From assembly GCA_041484665.1 (NCBI GenBank), contig JBGPIA010000028.1:1-42500 (forward strand): a stretch of DNA of 42,500 nucleotides, written 5' to 3'. The stretch comes from Candidatus Krumholzibacteriia bacterium (GTDB lineage: Bacteria > Krumholzibacteriota > Krumholzibacteriia > JAJRXK01). How positions within the stretch are numbered: the stretch's first letter is position 1; each line of letters starts with the position of its first letter. Below are positions 21,718 to 32,800 of the stretch, one piece after another. A program made the translations under genes and the position numbers. Under the pieces are notes generated by a model. It saw nothing but the letters and a program-made list of their open reading frames with translations. It was not told the DNA's origin and made no database searches.

Positions 21718-22300
21718 TCAGCGCTCTCCGCGCTCGAACTCGGAGAGATCCACCAGAAACGCGGTGGCCGCAATCAGATGGTGTCCCGCGATGTCCTTCA
21801 GCAGTCGCTCAACGGCGGGGGATCGGCCCAGACGGTCACCGAATCGTCGGGATAGCCAAATCGCGACCGGGATGACGGCCAGCCCGAACAGCGTGCTGGC
21901 GACCAAGTAGCGAAGGCCGAGGGTCTGGTAGGCGTCCACGCCCCACAGGCCCTGCAGGACGACGATGAGCAACGGCGTCCACGCCAGCGCAGCGCCCAGC
22001 AGCACCCACTGTACGTGCCGAATCCGCCGCAGCCGCAACCTCTCCAGCCGCCTCTGGATGGGGGCGAGCGGCTGCGCGTAGTCGATTCGCGCAGCCAGAC
22101 TCAGCTGCGCGATCAAGTCACCGAAGACCGCGATGGCAAACAAGTGGAGGGCTACGCCCGGGAGCGCGAAGCGTGCCGCGGAGAAGTGCGCGTAGTTGAA
22201 CGTTCCCAGGGCCAGGATTGCGGCAAACGTCAACCCGGCCTCCAGTCCCAAGGCGAGCGCGTGGCGCTGCAACGCAGAGCGGGCTCGGCCGAGGTGCACT
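21718..22300 (-). pseudogene. 5'-truncated membrane protein (resembles ECF-sigma-associated membrane/anti-sigma proteins)
   Basis: About four TM helices and RIDYAQPLAPIQRRLERLR; upstream sequence is replaced by the IS91-like end at ~22308. Confidence 0.55.
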
Positions 22301-22307
22301 GCACCGC

Positions 22308-23445
22308 GGGGTTTGTATCCGCCCCGGCCCGAACTCCGGCCGAACTCCCGCCGCGCGCCGCGGCACCTTACGCTGATGCGCGTGCCCGCAACAACGCTCG
22401 CTCGCCCTGGCCACGGCCCGGTGGGGCCGCTTCGGCGATGCGGGGCACGCCATCTCACACCTGCAGTGCCTCGCGGCTTGCGACCGGCGGCTCTCCATCC
22501 CCCCCGCGGGCACACCTCCACGCCGGCTCCCCCACGAACTACAGGCGAGCCCAGCAGGATGCCCCCGGTGAGCGGCGGTCATGGCCGGTCACGTCAGGCC
22601 GCCGGCGGGGCCCGCCCCTCGGCCGGCTCCTCGAACGGATCCCTGCCGCCTGTCATTGCCAGGTGGCGCAGGATGCGGTCGACGACGCCTTCTTCCTGGA
22701 TCACTGCGACGATCCGCATCTCCACGCCGCAGCGCGGACGGAGTAGCGGGACCGCTTCGTAGATCCGCCGCAGCAGCCGTGCCCAGCTGCGCCGGCGGGC
22801 GCGCTGCTCGGGACGATCGAACCGGATCGCTGCGTCTTCGCTCTGCGCACCGCTCGCGGCCAGCGCCGCCAGAGCGGCGGCGTCACCGGTGAGCTCCGCA
22901 CGCCCCTCAGCCGCCCGCCTTCGCCGCGCGCCGCGGCTGCGGTTGGCGTACCAGGCGAGGGTGCGCGCCATGTGTTGCCGCGGCGCGGGGATCTGCTGCA
23001 CGAGCCGGTGGATCAGTTCCAGGGGCGAAAGCTGCAGGTCGCGCTGGCCCGTGCGCGGATCCACCGGGGTGGGCACGATCACCGCCTCGGCCACCGGGCG
23101 CAGCGCGTCTTGCCGCAGCGGAGAGCGGGCGATGGTCCGGGCAAGCTGCTCCAGACCGGCGCGGTCGTCGGGCAGCATCGGCGGGCCGACGTGGACGGAG
23201 AAGCCCGAGTGCACCCAGGCCAACAGCCGCGCTGGGTGCCCGCCGTCAGACGTTGCTCGCGTCGCAAGGCCGCGAGCACCAGCCGGCAGAAGAGCTCGGT
23301 CAGGGCGATGGCGGCCCATCGACCCATCCGCTCGAAGCGGCCAGCACCGGCGAAGGCGCCATCGGTGACGATCGCGTGGACGTGAGGATGGGAATTGGCA
23401 GCAGAGCTGCCGAAGGTCTGCAGAGCGGCAATCGTGCCCACCGAG
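22308..23445 (-). mobile_element. IS91-family remnant 6 (frameshifted tnp 22594-23445 plus end region)
   Basis: QTFGSSAANSHPHVHAIVTDG, WVHSGFSVHVGP, LELIHRLVQQIPAPRQHM and WARLLRRIYE..RAPPAA*; truncated end motif GATACAAACCCC at 22308-22319. Confidence 0.85.
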
Positions 23446-23960
23446 CGGCGAGGATCTCGCGCGCACCGGTGATGGGGTGCCGTGGAGTGCGTACGACGAC
23501 TTCGCCCGCGGTCTGACGGACGGCGTCCATGCGCAGGCGGGCGCGGCACAACTAGCGCGCCAAGTGCTCCAGCAGCCGGGTCTCGTCCGGCAGGATCGGC
23601 GGGCCGACGTGGACCGAGAAACCCGAGTGCATCCAGCCCAGCAGCTGCAGGCGGGTCTCTTCGATCAACCGCTGGTCGCGTAGCAGGGCGACCAACACCA
23701 GGCGACGGAACAGCTCGCGGAGCGCCTGCTGGTCCCAGCGGCGGACGCGCTCGAAGCTGCCGTGAGGTGCGAACACCCCGTCGGCGACCAGGGCGTGCAC
23801 GTGCGGGTGGAAGGTGGCAGCATAGCTGCCAAAGGTCTGCAAGGCGGCGACCGTCACCCGGTGGGCACGCGGTAGGCCGGCAACCTCGCGGAGCATCTTC
23901 CGCACGCAAGCGTGCGCACAGCGGGTCAGCAGCCCCACCAGGGGTCGCTCGTGTGGTGAG
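23446..23960 (-). mobile_element. IS91-family remnant 7 (divergent copy in tandem with remnant 6)
   Basis: ERPLVGLLTRCAHACV..LQTFGSYAATFHPHVHALVADGVF..WMHSGFSVHVGP..LEHLAR* (stop 23552), then RARLRMDAV. Confidence 0.8.
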
Positions 23961-24104
23961 CGAGCGCCGACTCCAGGGAGGCTCGGCGGCCTCGCGAACA
24001 TCCGGCGCTCGGTCGAGCAAGGAACCGATCCCACGCCAGCGATCTCCGGAGAGCCCCGCGCGAGCACTCCCAGGCGCAAGAGGCCAAACCGGCGGCCGCC
24101 GCAC

Positions 24105-24129
24105 AGTTTGTTCGCATACCGAACGAAGT
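24105..24129. promoter_or_regulatory. ROK-type operator 1
   Basis: AGTTTGTTCG-CATAC-CGAACGAAGT, next to extended -10 TGcTAGACT (24132-24140). Confidence 0.8.
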
Positions 24130-24176
24130 TGTGCTAGACTCCAGGGTGGCTGCCCACGTCACTTCGGGAGCACACG

Positions 24177-26216
24177 ATGTCGCGGTTTCCCTTCGTGTTG
24201 GGCCTTCTCGCCTGTCTGCTGCCGGCAGTCACCAAGAGCCAGCCCTACGAGCTCGTCTGGCAGGACGAGTTCGACGGCACGCAGCTGGACCTGACCAAGT
24301 GGCAGCCTCAGATCGGGACCGGCTGCCCCGCGCTGTGCGGTTGGGGCAACAACGAGCTTCAATACTATCGATCCCAGAACGCGACCGTGAGCGGCGGGTT
24401 CCTCACCATCACTGCCAAGCAGGAGAGCTTCGGCGGAAGCAGCTACACCTCCGCGCGCCTGCGCACTCTGAACCGCGGCGATTGGACCTATGGCCGCTTC
24501 GAGATGCGAGCCAAGATGCCCATCGGGCGGGGGCTGTGGCCGGCCTTCTGGATGCTATCCAGCGACGAGGAGTACGGTACGTGGGCGGCCAGCGGCGAGA
24601 TCGACATATTCGAGTATCTGGGCCACCGTCCCAACGAGGTCCTCGGCACGTTGCACTACGGCGGGGGCTTTCCGGACAACGTCTACTCCTCGCGGACATA
24701 CCGGCTGAGCTCGGGAACGTTCCACGACGACTTCCACGTGTTCGCGCTGGAATGGGATCCGTACGAGATGCGGTGGCTGGTCGATGGCAAGGTGTATGCC
24801 ACCCAGATCAACTGGTACACCACCGCCGCACCATATCCCGCTCCGTTCGATCGCCGCTTCCATCTGCTTCTCAACTTGGCAGTGGGCGGGAACCTCCCTG
24901 GTCCGCCCGACGCGACGACGGTGTTCCCACAGCAGCTGGTCGTGGACTACGTGCGGGTGTACCAGCTTCCTGCGTATGCGAGGTGCCTGGTGGAGTTCGA
25001 TGGAATGGAGCACGCCGCGCCGTTCGCCAACGGGTGGTTCAGCTTCGGAGGCAGCGTGGGAGGGGGAGGCATCGGCGCGAACCTGGTCGACCTGCCGCCG
25101 GTGGACGGGCGCCGCGTCTCGCTGGAGTCCGGTTGGGGATCGGGAGGAGTCCCCGGCTTCTTCGGTGGCTTCGGCCGCAATCGCCCCCTGGACCTGACCG
25201 GCCTCACGCATTTCACGTTCTGGATCCTTCCCGATGCCCAGCAGGACTACACGCTCGAGATCAACTTGCAGGAGGATGACGCGGGCGACGATGTGGTCGC
25301 CGCCACCCCCGATGGCACCGACGACGAGTTCCAGTACAACTTCCGGGTGAGCCCTTCCGGGCCCGACGCCATCAGCGGCGGCGGCTGGCAGCGCGTGGCA
25401 ATTCCCCTGACCAGCTTCGTCGACGACAACTCGTACCACTACGGCGGCAACGGGATCTTCGACCCCTTCCCCGTGAGCGCGGGCGGAAACGGGCGGCTGG
25501 TGAACGTGGTTTTCGCCGTGCTCAGCACACAGGGTGCCCCGGTGACCTTCCGGACCGATCGCTGGGCCTTCACCCGGCAGACGAGCTCCATCGGCGGCAC
25601 GCTCTGGTCCGACACCGATGGCGACGGGGTGCGCGACGCCTTAGAGCCGGGCATCGCGGGTGCCATGGTCGAGCTGATCGACGAGCGATGGGGCCAGGCG
25701 ATCGCGTCCCGCTCCACCGCGAGCGACGGTGGCTACCTGTTCGACACCCTGTTCAGCGGACCCTGCCGCGTGCGCATCGATCCCCAGAGCCTGCCGAGCG
25801 GGCACGTTCCCACCTTTGACCCGGATGGGACGGGCAGCGCCAACGCGTTCGCCCTCGTGCTGGACTGCGATCAGGCGATGACCGATGGCGACTTCGGCTA
25901 CGCTCCGCCCTCGTCCTGGGCGCCGGCGCCCACCCACCCGACGACCGCGCTGCACCAGAATGTGCCCAACCCGTTCAATCCCAGCACCGTGATCACCTTC
26001 GAGCTCGCCGAGCCCGGCCGGGTCGAGCTGGTGGTGTACGACGCCGCGGGCAGGATGGTCCGCAGCCTCGTGCGGGCGGATTGGCCAGCGGGCAGCCATT
26101 GGGTGCAGTGGGATGGGCGCGACGAGAGGGGGCGACCGGTGGCCAGCGGTTCGTACCACTACACGCTGCGCACGAGCCAGGGAATCTGGACGCGCCGCAT
26201 GGCGCTCCTTCGCTGA
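24177..26216 (+). CDS. Secreted GH16 laminarinase-type endo-beta-1,3-glucanase with CBM-like, SdrD-B-like and FlgD-Ig domains
   Basis: GGGAG RBS, signal peptide, WQDEFDG, GWGNNELQYY, GLWPAFWML, catalytic GEIDIFE, LLNLAVGGN and PNPFNPST. Confidence 0.93.
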   Translation: MSRFPFVLGLLACLLPAVTKSQPYELVWQDEFDGTQLDLTKWQPQIGTGCPALCGWGNNELQYYRSQNATVSGGFLTITAKQESFGGSSYTSARLRTLNRGDWTYGRFEMRAKMPIGRGLWPAFWMLSSDEEYGTWAASGEIDIFEYLGHRPNEVLGTLHYGGGFPDNVYSSRTYRLSSGTFHDDFHVFALEWDPYEMRWLVDGKVYATQINWYTTAAPYPAPFDRRFHLLLNLAVGGNLPGPPDATTVFPQQLVVDYVRVYQLPAYARCLVEFDGMEHAAPFANGWFSFGGSVGGGGIGANLVDLPPVDGRRVSLESGWGSGGVPGFFGGFGRNRPLDLTGLTHFTFWILPDAQQDYTLEINLQEDDAGDDVVAATPDGTDDEFQYNFRVSPSGPDAISGGGWQRVAIPLTSFVDDNSYHYGGNGIFDPFPVSAGGNGRLVNVVFAVLSTQGAPVTFRTDRWAFTRQTSSIGGTLWSDTDGDGVRDALEPGIAGAMVELIDERWGQAIASRSTASDGGYLFDTLFSGPCRVRIDPQSLPSGHVPTFDPDGTGSANAFALVLDCDQAMTDGDFGYAPPSSWAPAPTHPTTALHQNVPNPFNPSTVITFELAEPGRVELVVYDAAGRMVRSLVRADWPAGSHWVQWDGRDERGRPVASGSYHYTLRTSQGIWTRRMALLR

Positions 26217-26231
26217 CATGGGAGGTGTCCG

Positions 26232-27653
26232 GTGAACCACGTAATGCGACGGCTGCTGGTTGTGGCCGCCATCCCCCTGCTGGCGCTGGGAGCCGGATGC
26301 AGCGATCGCGATCCCGCGGGTCTGGAGATGGCGCGAGCGAGGATCGATCCGGTGGTCTTCGACGACGACTATGGCGAGGACGTCTACTTCCAGGCGTTCT
26401 ACCAGACGGATGTGACCGCGGTAGAGCTCGACTCCGTGTACGCCTACGGCGGCCTGGCGGCCGACGGCGCGAGATCGCTCAAGATCCACGTGCCCCCCGC
26501 CCAATCCGCGCTGGGTCTGTACTCGGGGGGAGTCCTGACTTCCGTGGCGAGCCGTGACCTGGCCGACTTCAACGCCCTGACGTTCTACGCCCGCTCGAAC
26601 GCCGAGATCAGCCTCGACGTAGCCGGCTTCGGAAACGACAACACGGGAACGTCGTTGTACGAGACGGGTCGCAAGACAATCACCTTGACGCGCGACTGGC
26701 AGTTCGTCGTCATTCCCATTCCGGGGCCGTCCAAGCTGATCTCCGAGCGCGGGCTCCTCACGTTCGCTGAGAGCCTGGAGCAACGGCCACCGAACAGTGG
26801 CATATTTCCGTACCCGGACGGCTACGACATCTGGCTCGACGAGGTCCGGTTCGCCAAGCTCGGCAACATCGAGATCTTCCGCGCAAGTATGCGCTCGGTG
26901 AACCGGCAGTACTTCGTCGGTTCCACGGCGACCGTCGAGAACACCAGCACCGTCTTCCTGATCGACGGTGCATACGTTCCCGTCGACCACTCGCCCAACT
27001 ACTTCGACTACGAATCCTCGGACCCGTCGGTCGCCGTCGTGGAGCGCGGGAAGATCAAGGTCGTCGGCAGCGGCCAGGCCACCGTCACAGCCAGCCTCGA
27101 AGGGCATAGCGTCACGGGCACGATCACGCTTACCGGCAATCCCCGGCCGGCAACCGCCGCAGCTACCCCGACTCTTCCCGCGGGCGACGTGATCTCGATG
27201 TTCAGCGACGCCTACCACGACGTCCCTGTCGACAGCTGGCGGGCCAATTGGGGCGGGAGCACGGCAACCCTCGAGGAGTTCGTCGTTGCGGGCTCGAACA
27301 CCAAGATGTACGCGTCGCTCAACTTCGCGGGCATCACGTTCGAGAGTGCGAAGGTCGATGCCTCGCAGATGACCCATTTCCATCTGGACGTCTACGCACC
27401 CGCAGGCACGAACTTCAGGGTCAAGTTGGTGTCCTTTCCTCCCGACCAGAGCGCCGGGGTGCAGACCACCGATCTGATCCTGAACTCCAGCACGACGCCG
27501 GCTTTCGCCCCGGGCGCGTGGTCGTCCCTGGATATCCCATTGACGGATTTCGAGCTTCCCACATCCTGGGACTGGGCTCACGTGGGTCAGCTCGTCCTCA
27601 GCACCACCGACGCGCAGCTGGTGCTGGTGGACAACGTTTACTGGCACCGCTGA
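26232..27653 (+). CDS. Lipoprotein with carbohydrate-binding-like and Ig-like domains
   Basis: GGAGG RBS and GTG start, lipobox LGAGC, RDLADFNALTFYAR, SSDPSVAVV (Big_2-like), DVISMFSDAY and DASQMTHFHLDVY. Confidence 0.8.
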   Translation: MNHVMRRLLVVAAIPLLALGAGCSDRDPAGLEMARARIDPVVFDDDYGEDVYFQAFYQTDVTAVELDSVYAYGGLAADGARSLKIHVPPAQSALGLYSGGVLTSVASRDLADFNALTFYARSNAEISLDVAGFGNDNTGTSLYETGRKTITLTRDWQFVVIPIPGPSKLISERGLLTFAESLEQRPPNSGIFPYPDGYDIWLDEVRFAKLGNIEIFRASMRSVNRQYFVGSTATVENTSTVFLIDGAYVPVDHSPNYFDYESSDPSVAVVERGKIKVVGSGQATVTASLEGHSVTGTITLTGNPRPATAAATPTLPAGDVISMFSDAYHDVPVDSWRANWGGSTATLEEFVVAGSNTKMYASLNFAGITFESAKVDASQMTHFHLDVYAPAGTNFRVKLVSFPPDQSAGVQTTDLILNSSTTPAFAPGAWSSLDIPLTDFELPTSWDWAHVGQLVLSTTDAQLVLVDNVYWHR

Positions 27654-27753
27654 TCCCGACTCGGAGCGCCCCCTGGCGCTCCCCGCAGGCGCGCGCGATC
27701 ACCGCGGGGTGCCAGCGGTCCGGCGGCTTTTCTCGCATGAAGGAACGGACCGA

Positions 27754-29022
27754 GTGACTCAGCAGCTGAATTGGAAGGGTCTCCGCAGAACCGAGCCCGA
27801 CGGGCCCCGCCCGTTAGCGGACGCGGTGTTGCGGTTGATCTGGCAGGAGCGTCGCATCTCCCGCGCGGACATCGCGCGGCGCGCCGATCTGTCGCGGTCG
27901 ACGGTGTCCGAGATCGTCAACGAGATCCTCCCCATTGGCTTGGTCGCCGCGGTGGGCGAAGGGCCGTCCCGTGGGGGCCGCCGGCCCATCCTGCTGGAGT
28001 TTCGCGACGATGCCTGCTGCATCCTGGGCGTCGAGATGGGAGCCACGCACGTCGCGGTCGTCCTCACCGATCTGCGCGGGCACGTCCTCAGCTCGCAGAC
28101 GGTGGAGCACCCAGTGCGTTCGGATCCGCCGGGAACGCGCAAGGTCATCGCCGAGCTCTGCCGCGCTAGCCTCGCGGCCGGGGCGAACCGCCGCCGGCCG
28201 CTCATCGGGATCGGCGTCGCCGTCGCCTGCCCCGTCGATCCCTCCGAACCCAGCCGGCTCTCGCGCCTGGTGCTTCCGGCGTGGGAAGGAGGCCTGGGCC
28301 TCGAGGAGCTCGCGCGGAAGCATGGTGTGCCCCTGCTGGTCGACAACGATGCCAACCTGGGCGCGCTCGCCGAGCACTGGTGGGGGGCGGGGCGGGGAGT
28401 GGCGGATCTCGCGTACATCAAGGTCGGCACCGGAATCGGCTCGGGACACGTCATCGGCGGCGAGATCTATCGGGGGGCCACGGGTTTCGCCGGGGAGATC
28501 GGCCACATCGCCATCGATCCGCGCGGCAAACCCTGCATGTGCGGATTGCACGGGTGCCTGGTCACCCTGATCGGCGCAGCCGCGCTGGAGGCCCGCGCCG
28601 TGGAGTTGATCGGTGAGTTCCCGCAGAGCAAGCTGGCGGACAGGCACAGCACTGTGCTCGAGATCGAGGACGCGGCGCTGGCCGGGGATACCCTCGCCCT
28701 GCAAGTGGTTCGAGAGGCGGCAGAGCACTTGGGCATCGTCGTTGCGGGCCTGCTGAACCTCTTGAACCCGTCGCTCGTGGTCCTGGGGGGAAGCCTCGCT
28801 CGGCTCGGCGACCTCGTGCTGCGGCCGTTGCGGGAGACGGTTGCCAAGCGCACTCTCGTCAGCTCGGTCGCGGCGGCCGAAATCCGCAGCAGCGACCTGG
28901 GCCAACAATCGATCGCGATCGGCGCCGCTACGCTGGTGCTGAAAGCTGCGCTAGCCGACTCCCGGATGTTCTCGTTGGCGCGAGAACTCGTAGCGACATC
29001 GTCGGGGAGGGCGACGACTTGA
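27754..29022 (+). CDS. ROK-family transcriptional repressor (XylR/NagC-like)
   Basis: N-terminal HTH ISRADIARRADLSRSTVSEIV, GGRRP, DNDANLGALAE, GTGIGSG and GEIGH..CMCGLHGCL. Confidence 0.93.
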   Translation: MTQQLNWKGLRRTEPDGPRPLADAVLRLIWQERRISRADIARRADLSRSTVSEIVNEILPIGLVAAVGEGPSRGGRRPILLEFRDDACCILGVEMGATHVAVVLTDLRGHVLSSQTVEHPVRSDPPGTRKVIAELCRASLAAGANRRRPLIGIGVAVACPVDPSEPSRLSRLVLPAWEGGLGLEELARKHGVPLLVDNDANLGALAEHWWGAGRGVADLAYIKVGTGIGSGHVIGGEIYRGATGFAGEIGHIAIDPRGKPCMCGLHGCLVTLIGAAALEARAVELIGEFPQSKLADRHSTVLEIEDAALAGDTLALQVVREAAEHLGIVVAGLLNLLNPSLVVLGGSLARLGDLVLRPLRETVAKRTLVSSVAAAEIRSSDLGQQSIAIGAATLVLKAALADSRMFSLARELVATSSGRATT

Positions 29023-29831
29023 GACGGGCGCTCGTCGGCCTGGCGGCGCTGCTGGCTCTGCCGCTCATCCCCGGATGTGCCGATAAGGAGCAGCCGAAGA
29101 CGGAGTACGGGCTCGTCTGGCAGGACGAGTTCGACGGTCCGGTGGGCCAGCTTCCCGATCCCAAACGCTGGATGTTCGACGTCGGCACCGACTGGGGCAA
29201 CGCGCAGCTCGAGTTCGACACCGACCGCGCCGACAACGTCAGCCTCGACGGGGCCGGCAACCTGGCCATCACCGCCCGCCGCGAAGAGTTCGCAGGTCAG
29301 TCCTACACATCGGGCCGCATCAAGACCAAAGGGCTGTTCGAGCGCACACATGGGCGCTTCGAGGCGCGGATCAAGCTGCCGGTGGGGCAGGGCATGTGGC
29401 CGGCGTTCTGGATGCTCGGCGCGAACATCGACGAGGTCGGCTGGCCGCAGTGCGGCGAGATCGACATCATGGAGTACCGCGGCCAGGAGCCCCGCGTCCT
29501 GTACGGAACGGCCCATGGCCCGGGCTACTCCGGCGGTTCCGCCCTGGGCAACCGGCACGTGCTGGCACAAGGCGGCTTCGACCTGGGATTTCACGTCTTC
29601 GCCATCGAATGGACCGAGGGATCGATCACTTGGCTGGTCGACGGGCACCAGTACCACGCCGTCACGCCCGCCGACTTGCCGCAAGGCACCACCTGGGTGT
29701 TCGACAAGCCATTCTTCGTGCTGCTCAACGTGGCGGTCGGCGGGAATTGGGTAGGCTCACCGGACGAAAGCACCCCCCTTCCGCAGACCATGCTCGTGGA
29801 CTGGGTGCGCGCCTACGGGACGCTGCCCTGA
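29019..29831 (+). CDS. GH16 beta-1,3-glucanase lipoprotein
   Basis: Lipobox LIPGC, WQDEFDG, GMWPAFWML and catalytic GEIDIME; TTG start overlaps the ROK stop. Confidence 0.92.
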   Translation: MRRALVGLAALLALPLIPGCADKEQPKTEYGLVWQDEFDGPVGQLPDPKRWMFDVGTDWGNAQLEFDTDRADNVSLDGAGNLAITARREEFAGQSYTSGRIKTKGLFERTHGRFEARIKLPVGQGMWPAFWMLGANIDEVGWPQCGEIDIMEYRGQEPRVLYGTAHGPGYSGGSALGNRHVLAQGGFDLGFHVFAIEWTEGSITWLVDGHQYHAVTPADLPQGTTWVFDKPFFVLLNVAVGGNWVGSPDESTPLPQTMLVDWVRAYGTLP

Positions 29832-29867
29832 ATCGCGCCGCGGCGGCCCGCGCGGTCCCGGGCGGCG

Positions 29868-32800
29868 TCACAGGGCCAGGTGGACGTAGGTCCGGATCTC
29901 CCACTCCCTGCCCTGCGGCAGGCCGTCGGGATAGATTTCGCTCGCGGCGGGCGCGAGCGCGCCTTCGGGTTGGTAGCGGTTCGAGTAGCGGTCCAGTGTG
30001 CGGTAGGTGGTGCACACGCCGAAGCGGGTCTGCGGCAGATCGAACCACCGGGGCGTGCCCAGGTTGAACGAGACATCTGCCATCAGCTGAAGCGGAAACG
30101 TGAAGTTGAAGTCGCGGTGGTAATCGTAGGGTCCGTAGTCGTTGACCTTCATGTGGCCCGCCAGAGCCACCGAGCCCCATGCGATGCGACTGCTCAGGCC
30201 GAATCGATGGATCAGCCGCAGGTCGTCGCCATTGGGCTCGGCAGTTCCAAAGTAGACATCGCTGATCATGCGCGTGCGAGGACCGAAGCCGTTGACGATA
30301 CGGCCGTTGACCTCCCAAAGATCCCGCGCTGGCGTGGCCCCGGGGAATGGATAGATCGCGTTCTCGCTCGAGATGAACAGTCCAGCGTCGGCGGTCGAAT
30401 GGTGCCGCCGGACGACGAATCCGAGGCTGGCGGCCATGCGGGCGTCCTCCCGCAGGTCGCTGTCCCAGTTCCACAACCAGGTGGCGGGGGTGGGATCGTA
30501 GGTGAGCATGATCTCCGCCGCGGTGGTCTCGCGGTTGGCGCGCACCGCGAACGGATCGTCGAGCACGTTGCGCGGCCTGCCGGCGGTGCCGACCAGATCT
30601 TCCGAGTGCAGCATGGGGCCCACGATGGGCTTCTGCCACAGGAGGTTCGGACCGATCTGCCAGTTGCCTGTGGACACCGCCAGCCCCGAGAGCGCGTGGA
30701 TCTGGTTGCCCGATCCGCTGTCGCGCAGCTGCCAGCCGGTGAAGGTCGGTATCGACGTGGGCCCCGCCTCCGCCACCAGCCCCATGTAGGCGCCCTGGCC
30801 GTACCAGTGCCAACGCCCCCGCTCCCAGGTCAGCCTGCCTTTGAATCCAAACGTGTCGGCCGTCTCGATCTTGTCCTGACGGACGTCCTCGGGCGTGGCG
30901 GTGTCGCCGCGGTCATCGGCTCCCTCGGTCATCAGCTGGAACGTCTCGCCCACCCGGGGCTGACCCGACCACAGCGCGCCGCCTTCGAACCCGAGCGGTC
31001 CGACGTGGGTCTGCATCTGCAGCGAGGCCTTGCGGGTCTCGCGGATCGGGATGGCCAGCGAGCTGGTCGTCTGCGTCCGCTGGGCGAAGTCCTCCTGGAA
31101 GACGCCCGTCCACTGGATGCCCCCCACCGATCGCCGGTACTTGACGAACACCGCAGGGTTGGCGCCCCACCACAGCTCCGGACCCAGTGCCAGCGTGAGG
31201 CCGGCGAGGGCTTTCTTGCCGTCCAGCTCGAAGCCGACCGGCGCCTGACCGTTGTAGATGTCGACGTTCCCTCCGTAGAAGGCATCGCGGTAGAGGGCGA
31301 AGAAGTCGCCCTCGTACTGCCAGTGCAGGTGACCAGTCCGGTAGAAGGCATCGAGCATGAACCAGCGGTCGTCCCAGCTGAGCGAGGACTGATAGACCTT
31401 GACGCGCTCGAGCGACCCGACCTCGACGACGCTGCCCTCGCTGTCGACGAAGGTGCGGGACCGGCCGCGATTCTCGTAGAAGATCTCATCGATGGGATTC
31501 ACCGGCACGTGGCCCAGCACGTTCACCGACAGCCGGCCGAGGACGGCGTCGGTGGGTTTGGCCTCGATGTCAGCGTAGAAGGACTGCCCGTGATCGAATC
31601 CCAGGTACGATGGGAACGCGGACTGCGGCTGCTCGATCTTCGGCGTCGAGATGTTCTTGCCGCCGGTGCTGAAGGTCTCGAACTCCAGCCGCAGCCCCGA
31701 CACCCGGACCCGGTCCAGCAGCGCTGTCTGGAGCTTGGCCGCATCGCCCCGGGCGGCCAACTCGGCAGCGATGGGCTGGATGCTCGCGAAGTGCGCCCGG
31801 ATGGCCGCCAGGTCCGTGGCGGGGCCATAGGGATCGATGCGGAAGGCGTCCCGTAGGGCGTAGTAAGCCGCGCGCGGATAGACGTCGTACATCCCCCGCG
31901 CATCGGGGTATCCCTTGGCGGTGATGCCCCACCACTCCTCATTCATGTTGTTGTCGCCTGCGCGATAGTCCTCGGCGTATCCGCGGTTCGGCCACGAGGC
32001 GTTGGTGTCGTGGATGTCCAGACGCTCCTCCTGCCGGAACTTCCACCAGCCATCGCTCCACTGGAAGATGAGACCTCCGATGGCGTTGCCCGCGCGGCCC
32101 TTCCCGGCCGACTGCTCGTAGATCTCCCGCCACTGGCCCAGCAGGTAACGGGCCTGGGTCGGCTGATCCTCCTGCATGGTGATCGCGTTGAACGCGTCGG
32201 CGCCGAACTCGGTGAACATGGTCGGCACGCCCAGCTTGTCCTTCACGACGTCGAAGAAGTCGCGGGCTGAGATCCCGCGGTAGACGTTCGCGCCGAACAC
32301 GTCCAGTCCTGCGCATTCTTCGGCGATGATGTCGATGTATTGCAGGTCCCCGTTGGCGATGGCCACCGGCCGGCCGGGATCGCGTTGGTGGATGTCGTGG
32401 ATGATCTCGCCGAACAGGGAGTACAGGTATCGGGCGCGGGCCGCGTTCCGCTCGCCTTCCGGCAACGCCTCGATTTCGAACGAGGACCAGGTCAGGCCGT
32501 AGTTGTTCTCGTTGCCGAGCAGCCACATCAGCATCCCCGGCGTTCCCTCGAACTCGTCGACCAGCCCCGAGATCTCCCGCTTCAGCAGCGCGCGGACCTT
32601 GGGGTCGCTGTAGTCGGTGATCGGATGCCACACGCCTTCAATGGTCAAACCGTAGCGGCCCACCGTGTGGTTGATGATGGTGTAGATCCCGTACGTCTCG
32701 TAGACGTACCGGACCCAGCGCGGAGGCATCCCCACGTAGTGCCGGATGGTGTTGACCCCCATGGCCCGAAGCAGCGGCATCTCCCGGGCCAGGGCGGCCT